Part shown: positions 59,772 to 64,000 of the stretch, piece by piece
Position numbering within the stretch: position 1 is the first letter of the stretch
Layout of the letters: the number at the start of each line of letters is the position of its first letter
From: an uncultured Ignavibacteriota bacterium
GTDB lineage: Bacteria > Bacteroidota > Ignavibacteria > UBA10030 > UBA8401
Reading direction: 5' to 3'
Assembly: GCA_903884005.1 (NCBI GenBank)
Contig: CAISDA010000006.1
Span: 145,644-209,643, forward strand
Length of the DNA: 64,000 nucleotides
Position numbers and translations under genes: made by a program
The notes under the pieces: generated by a model
Seen by the model: the letters and a program-made list of their open reading frames with translations, nothing else
What the model was told of the DNA's origin: nothing
Database searches by the model: none

Positions 59772-60206
59772 TTAAGTACGTTCGGGTGGCGTCACAATGG
59801 TGATCGTGCGCTGTGTCTCGGTCTCGCCGAGCGCGCACCGGACCTCGAAACGGCGCGCAGGCAGACGCTCTTCGATCATGTCCGCCCATTCCAGCAGGCA
59901 GACGCCGTCGCCGTCGATGTACTCGTCGAAGCCAAACTCATCGAGTTCGCGCACCGACTTCATGCGGTAAAAATCGAAATGATACACCATCAGACGCCCT
60001 CCGGTGTATTCATGAAGGATCGTGAATGTCGGGCTCGTCACATGGTCCTTCACGCCCAGTCCGCGCGAGATGCCCTTGGCAAAGCGCGTCTTACCGCTTC
60101 CGAGGTCCCCGATGAGCGCGACGACGTCACCCGGAGCAAGCGAGGCGGCGAAGCGTTCACCCGCGTCTATCGTTTCCTGTTCACTGGTGGTTTCGATGAC
60201 ATGCAT
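59772..60206 (-). CDS. tsaE: t6A biosynthesis ATPase TsaE
   Basis: GDLGSGKT, VTSPTF, HFDFYR, LEWAD. Confidence 0.96.
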   Translation of the reverse strand: MHVIETTSEQETIDAGERFAASLAPGDVVALIGDLGSGKTRFAKGISRGLGVKDHVTSPTFTILHEYTGGRLMVYHFDFYRMKSVRELDEFGFDEYIDGDGVCLLEWADMIEERLPARRFEVRCALGETETQRTITIVTPPERT

Positions 60207-60213
60207 CCGCGTG

Positions 60214-61797
60214 CTACCCTTTTTTCGGCGTCAGCGTCACCACGGGAAGGATCATTTCTTCCATCGAAATGCCGCCGTGCTGGAAACTGTCGCGATATTG
60301 ATTCAAGTATTTATGATACTCCGTGGGATAGACGAAATAGTAGTCTTCTTTCGCCACGATGTAATTGGTGGTGCTCCCCCGCACCGGCAGCTTGTAGTCT
60401 TTCGGGTTCTTCACGAAGATGGCCTGCTTGTCGTCCGATTTGAGATTGCGCCCGAATTTGTAACGCAGATTCGTGGACGCTTCGCGGTCTCCGATCACCT
60501 TCGAACCGCGCATGCATCGCACACTGCCGTGATCGGTCGTGAGTATGATCTTCACATCTTTCCGCGCGGACAACGCCTGAAGCATCGCATAAAGGGACGA
60601 ATGCCGGAACCATGAATCCGTCAGCGAGCGATAGGCGGGCTCATCGGGCGCGATCTCCTTGAGTATCGGAAAATCTGAGCGTCCGTGGGCGAGCATGTCT
60701 ACGAAATTGACGACGATGGATGTGAGCCGGTTGCCGGAATACGAGAGAATATTGTTCTGCACCTGCTTGCCGAATTCCGCGTCCAGGATCTTGATGTATT
60801 TCGCCTCGGGCTTCAGGAATATCTTGCGCCGCTCCAGGAGCTTGTCCAGCAGCTGCCGTTCAAACCGGTTGTAGCTCGTCTCTTCATCGTCGCTGTCTTC
60901 GCCCTTCCACAGTTCAGGATACCGCTGCTCGAGTTCCAGCGGAAAGAGTCCGCTGAAGATCGCGTTGCGCGCATACGGCGTCGCCGTGGGCAGGATCGAA
61001 TAATAAAAATCTTTTTCCATGGTGTAGTATTCGTGCAGATATTTTTCCATCACCATCCACTGGTCGTAGCGCAGGCAGTCGACCACAAAAAAGAACACGG
61101 AGGTCTTTTCGTTCAGGTGCGGAATGACGAATGTATCGACGACCTCGTTCGACAGCAGAGGACGGTCCTTCGCGCCCTGCACCCACGACAAATATTTCCG
61201 CTCCACGAACTTGCAGAATTCGGCGTTGGCTTCGCGCCGCTGATCGATGAGCGTGCGCTGCAGCCCCAGTTCCGGATGCAGGTCGAGCTCCATATCCCAT
61301 CCGACCATCTTGGTGTAAAGATCCACCCATTCCGAATGGTCCATCGGCGCAAGAAGCAATCGCGAGATCGCAGAGAATTCCTGCGTATAATCGCGGGAGA
61401 CCTGTTCGCCCTGAATTTTTTTGCCTTCCAGAAATTTCTTGCACGCCATCAGCACCTGACTCGGATTCACCGGTTTGGTGAGATAATCCGATATCTTTCC
61501 TCCGATGGCTTCTTCCATGAGGCTTTCGGCTTCGTTCTTGGTGATCATGACCACCGGCAGCGCGGGAAATAATTCCTTGATCACGGCGAGCGTTTCAAGC
61601 CCGCCTTTGCCGGGCATCATTTCATCGAGAAACACGAGATCGTACGGTTTTTGCTTCACCGAATCGATCGCATCGTCGCCGTTGGCGGCGGTGTCCACAT
61701 CGTATCCCTTTTCCTTCAAGAGCAGGATGTGCGGACGGAGCATTTCAATTTCGTCGTCGACCCACAGTATCGAACCTTTATTGTCTTCCATGGTCAT
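60214..61797 (-). CDS. porX: PorX-like response regulator (receiver + PglZ alkaline-phosphatase domain)
   Basis: ILWVDDEI, FLDEMMPG, DCLRYDQW, LPTATPYARNAIFSG, NFVDMLAH, TTDHG, FQHGGISMEE. Confidence 0.93.
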   Translation of the reverse strand: MTMEDNKGSILWVDDEIEMLRPHILLLKEKGYDVDTAANGDDAIDSVKQKPYDLVFLDEMMPGKGGLETLAVIKELFPALPVVMITKNEAESLMEEAIGGKISDYLTKPVNPSQVLMACKKFLEGKKIQGEQVSRDYTQEFSAISRLLLAPMDHSEWVDLYTKMVGWDMELDLHPELGLQRTLIDQRREANAEFCKFVERKYLSWVQGAKDRPLLSNEVVDTFVIPHLNEKTSVFFFVVDCLRYDQWMVMEKYLHEYYTMEKDFYYSILPTATPYARNAIFSGLFPLELEQRYPELWKGEDSDDEETSYNRFERQLLDKLLERRKIFLKPEAKYIKILDAEFGKQVQNNILSYSGNRLTSIVVNFVDMLAHGRSDFPILKEIAPDEPAYRSLTDSWFRHSSLYAMLQALSARKDVKIILTTDHGSVRCMRGSKVIGDREASTNLRYKFGRNLKSDDKQAIFVKNPKDYKLPVRGSTTNYIVAKEDYYFVYPTEYHKYLNQYRDSFQHGGISMEEMILPVVTLTPKKG

Positions 61798-61807
61798 CCG
61801 CTCTTTC

Positions 61808-64000
61808 TTATTGAATTGCGATGTGGACATCGAGGCCGCCTTCGTTTGTCGAAGAACCAGGGATTCTGGATCCGCCTGCGTCCGGTGCAATCTTCGTGTA
61901 TCGGTAAAATAACGACGCCGTCACGCGCGAGCTCAGCACGTATTTGATGCGCGGCTCCATGGTGGTGCGTGAGGATCCTTCGCCGGGGGTTCCGGTGAGT
62001 GATGCGTCGGTTGTTGCATACGTCATGCGCGAATTCTTAGAAAATGAATAACTGAAACTGATGTCGATGTCGTTGTTGAGCGCCAGCCCGAAGAACGGAA
62101 TTTCGAATCCAGACCGACCGTAACTCGCAGTGAACGAGATCTCATTAGTCTCGGCTTCCGAGATGTTCTTCGACGACGGCATCAGGTCGAACGACGACGT
62201 TGTGCTGTACCGGAGATTGGCGCTCATGTTCCCTTTCAGGAGCTCTTTGAATGTGACGCTCATCCCCAGCAGCGGCGCGAACCCATACGAGACACGCTGC
62301 GATTCGGTGACCTCGATGCCGCTCGGATCTCCCTTGAACGTGCGGCGGTAGGTCGATTGGTATGAATGGTCAAGACTCACGCGCGTGGCCCAGCTCTTAA
62401 AGATCGAATACGTTTCGAGTCCGTCCCAGCGCAGCGAATAATTCATCCGCGGCATGAACTGGCCGAAGAGCTTCCGTAAAAACGGCAGCGATTCGAATCC
62501 CTTTTCAAACGACTCTGACAGTTTCTGATCGTCCGGCCGATGGTCCGAGGTGTCCGCCTGCGCCGTCGTGTATGCCGCGCCGACATCCGAGATCTTGCTT
62601 TTCAAAAATGGCATCGAGAAGAACGAGCGCTCAATGGACCCGCCGGTGACAAGGCCCGAGATGGAAGGAGTGACTCTATAAATATGATTAATTGCATCTA
62701 TTGTATCCACTCCAATGCGTATGTTCTGCGTGCGCGAATAATCCCAGCCGACATTCCAATTCATGTCGATGCGCGCACCCTGCCACAAGTCGCGGTTCGT
62801 CTTGAACGTCAATTTATTGTTCTGCGTGAATGCTTCAGGCAGCGTTGAGTTCCCCGGCAGCAACAGCGCGCGCCCCAAAATGTCGTCGTCCGTGCCGAAT
62901 CCGATGAACGGAAATTTCGGCTGCAGATGAACATTGGAGATGTTCGATGTCGGGTCGCTCACAAATCCCATTTGATACGCCCATGTCGGTCCGTAGTTTG
63001 CCAAGCCCTTTTCGAAGAACGGCAGGCGTCCGAAAAAGTTGGCGAAGCCGGGCCGTCCCGGAACGCCGGTATTGCTCGAGCTATTGGTCTCTGTGAACGT
63101 CATGCTGATCTTATCGAAATCGAGGAACGGCGTCTTGATCGCGATGCGCGCCGCATCGGACAACTTTCCTATCAGATCGAACGGTGTGTGCGTCGTATCT
63201 TTCACGGCGCGCGTCGTATCTCTGGCAACATGCGCCGTATCCTTCGCACGCGAGGTTGTGTCCGTGCCAGGCACCGGAGTGAGCTTCTGAATATCGGGCT
63301 TCCCACGGTTGTCTTCGTCGTCGCCGTCACGGTTCCGTCTCTTGCTCGGCGCTGCGGGAGCCTGATTCTGTTCCTGGCCGACGGCACCGGGTGTCGGCCC
63401 CGTACCGGCCGCGGTCTTCTTGGGCATCCACCACGTTTCCACAAACGGTTTCAGGCTCAGATCCGAATTGACGCTGATATTGTTGCTCCAGCGGGTGCTC
63501 TTGCCCAGCTCGCCCAGCTGCGTGTTGTTCGACCACGAATACCCCACCCCATACCGCATGGAGAGAGTGACGAACTTGTTGATGTCGAAAATTTCCGGAA
63601 GCCGCGGCCTTGTGTTGATGTTCACATTTTGCGAATACGAATTGTCGATGCCGAAACTCAGCAGCTGATCCTTCATGAATAAGCTGCCCAGGATATCCAC
63701 AAAGCTTCGTTGCTTGCCGGCCCAATCCGTTTCGAGATGGACAAGCGTGCTGGCTATATCGAGCGAATAATCGCCTGAAAGATTCAAGAAGCCGTTCTCC
63801 GTCAGCTTCCATCCGAATGACAGCCCCCGCGACGCGACGAGACTGCGCTGCATCGGATTTTGGTAGGCCTGAAAACGTATCTTTTCTTCCGTCTGCGCAC
63901 GGCTCGCCGACAATTTCAGCGAAAAATTCGTGATCGGGAAAAAGAGCTTCAGGTCCTTCACGCCGTTCAACACCGGCACGTCGGTGAAGATATCGAGCGG
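61808..64000 (-). CDS. sprA: C-terminal part of a very large beta-barrel outer-membrane protein, probably the T9SS translocon SprA (5' end outside the window)
   Basis: The frame stays open to the window edge. Long amphipathic strands with PRMNYSLRWDGLE, SLDHSYQS, FAPLLG and YVLSSRVT, which I recognise as resembling SprA/Sov C-termini. Adjacent to porX. Confidence 0.75.
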   Translation of the reverse strand, partial: PLDIFTDVPVLNGVKDLKLFFPITNFSLKLSASRAQTEEKIRFQAYQNPMQRSLVASRGLSFGWKLTENGFLNLSGDYSLDIASTLVHLETDWAGKQRSFVDILGSLFMKDQLLSFGIDNSYSQNVNINTRPRLPEIFDINKFVTLSMRYGVGYSWSNNTQLGELGKSTRWSNNISVNSDLSLKPFVETWWMPKKTAAGTGPTPGAVGQEQNQAPAAPSKRRNRDGDDEDNRGKPDIQKLTPVPGTDTTSRAKDTAHVARDTTRAVKDTTHTPFDLIGKLSDAARIAIKTPFLDFDKISMTFTETNSSSNTGVPGRPGFANFFGRLPFFEKGLANYGPTWAYQMGFVSDPTSNISNVHLQPKFPFIGFGTDDDILGRALLLPGNSTLPEAFTQNNKLTFKTNRDLWQGARIDMNWNVGWDYSRTQNIRIGVDTIDAINHIYRVTPSISGLVTGGSIERSFFSMPFLKSKISDVGAAYTTAQADTSDHRPDDQKLSESFEKGFESLPFLRKLFGQFMPRMNYSLRWDGLETYSIFKSWATRVSLDHSYQSTYRRTFKGDPSGIEVTESQRVSYGFAPLLGMSVTFKELLKGNMSANLRYSTTSSFDLMPSSKNISEAETNEISFTASYGRSGFEIPFFGLALNNDIDISFSYSFSKNSRMTYATTDASLTGTPGEGSSRTTMEPRIKYVLSSRVTASLFYRYTKIAPDAGGSRIPGSSTNEGGLDVHIAIQ

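Noticed and set aside
60214-61797. PglZ domain as part of a BREX defence system
   Set aside because: It is fused to a receiver domain, sits next to tsaE and has no brx genes nearby, so it is PorX.
13870-64000. 50-kb uninterrupted minus-strand gene run
   Set aside because: The run is real, but multiple internal promoters show it is not one operon. It is most simply explained by replication co-orientation, which cannot be tested here.

Overview
Gene-dense, GC-rich bacterial chromosome segment. The gene content points to an Ignavibacteria/Chlorobi-side member of the FCB group, which is an inference: SprA, PorX, BtuG and a propeller sensor kinase are present, together with E. coli-type sigma70 promoters and clear Shine-Dalgarno sites. 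The left end holds prmC, mazG, phoH, a coiled-coil lipoprotein + LysM operon, radC, an ABC exporter, guaA, smpB, tyrS and pdaD. From 13.9 kb to the right edge, every credible gene is on the minus strand. That run includes three PAP2 proteins, a two-riboswitch cobalamin uptake locus (DUF6580-like membrane protein, BtuB, BtuG), a ~23 kb Wzx/Wzy surface-glycan region interleaved with nadC and accA, and argS, rsfS, panC, accD, tsaB, tsaE, porX and sprA. No CRISPR array, rRNA, tRNA, prophage or transposase was seen, but there are several small palindromic repeat families. The best candidates for something new are a Braun's-lipoprotein-like/LysM pair, a B12 importer that may use a solitary S-component, a GT2 fused to a degenerate phosphoglycosyltransferase, and a PAP2 pair with one catalytically altered member. 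All calls come from reading motifs by eye, and no database searches were run.
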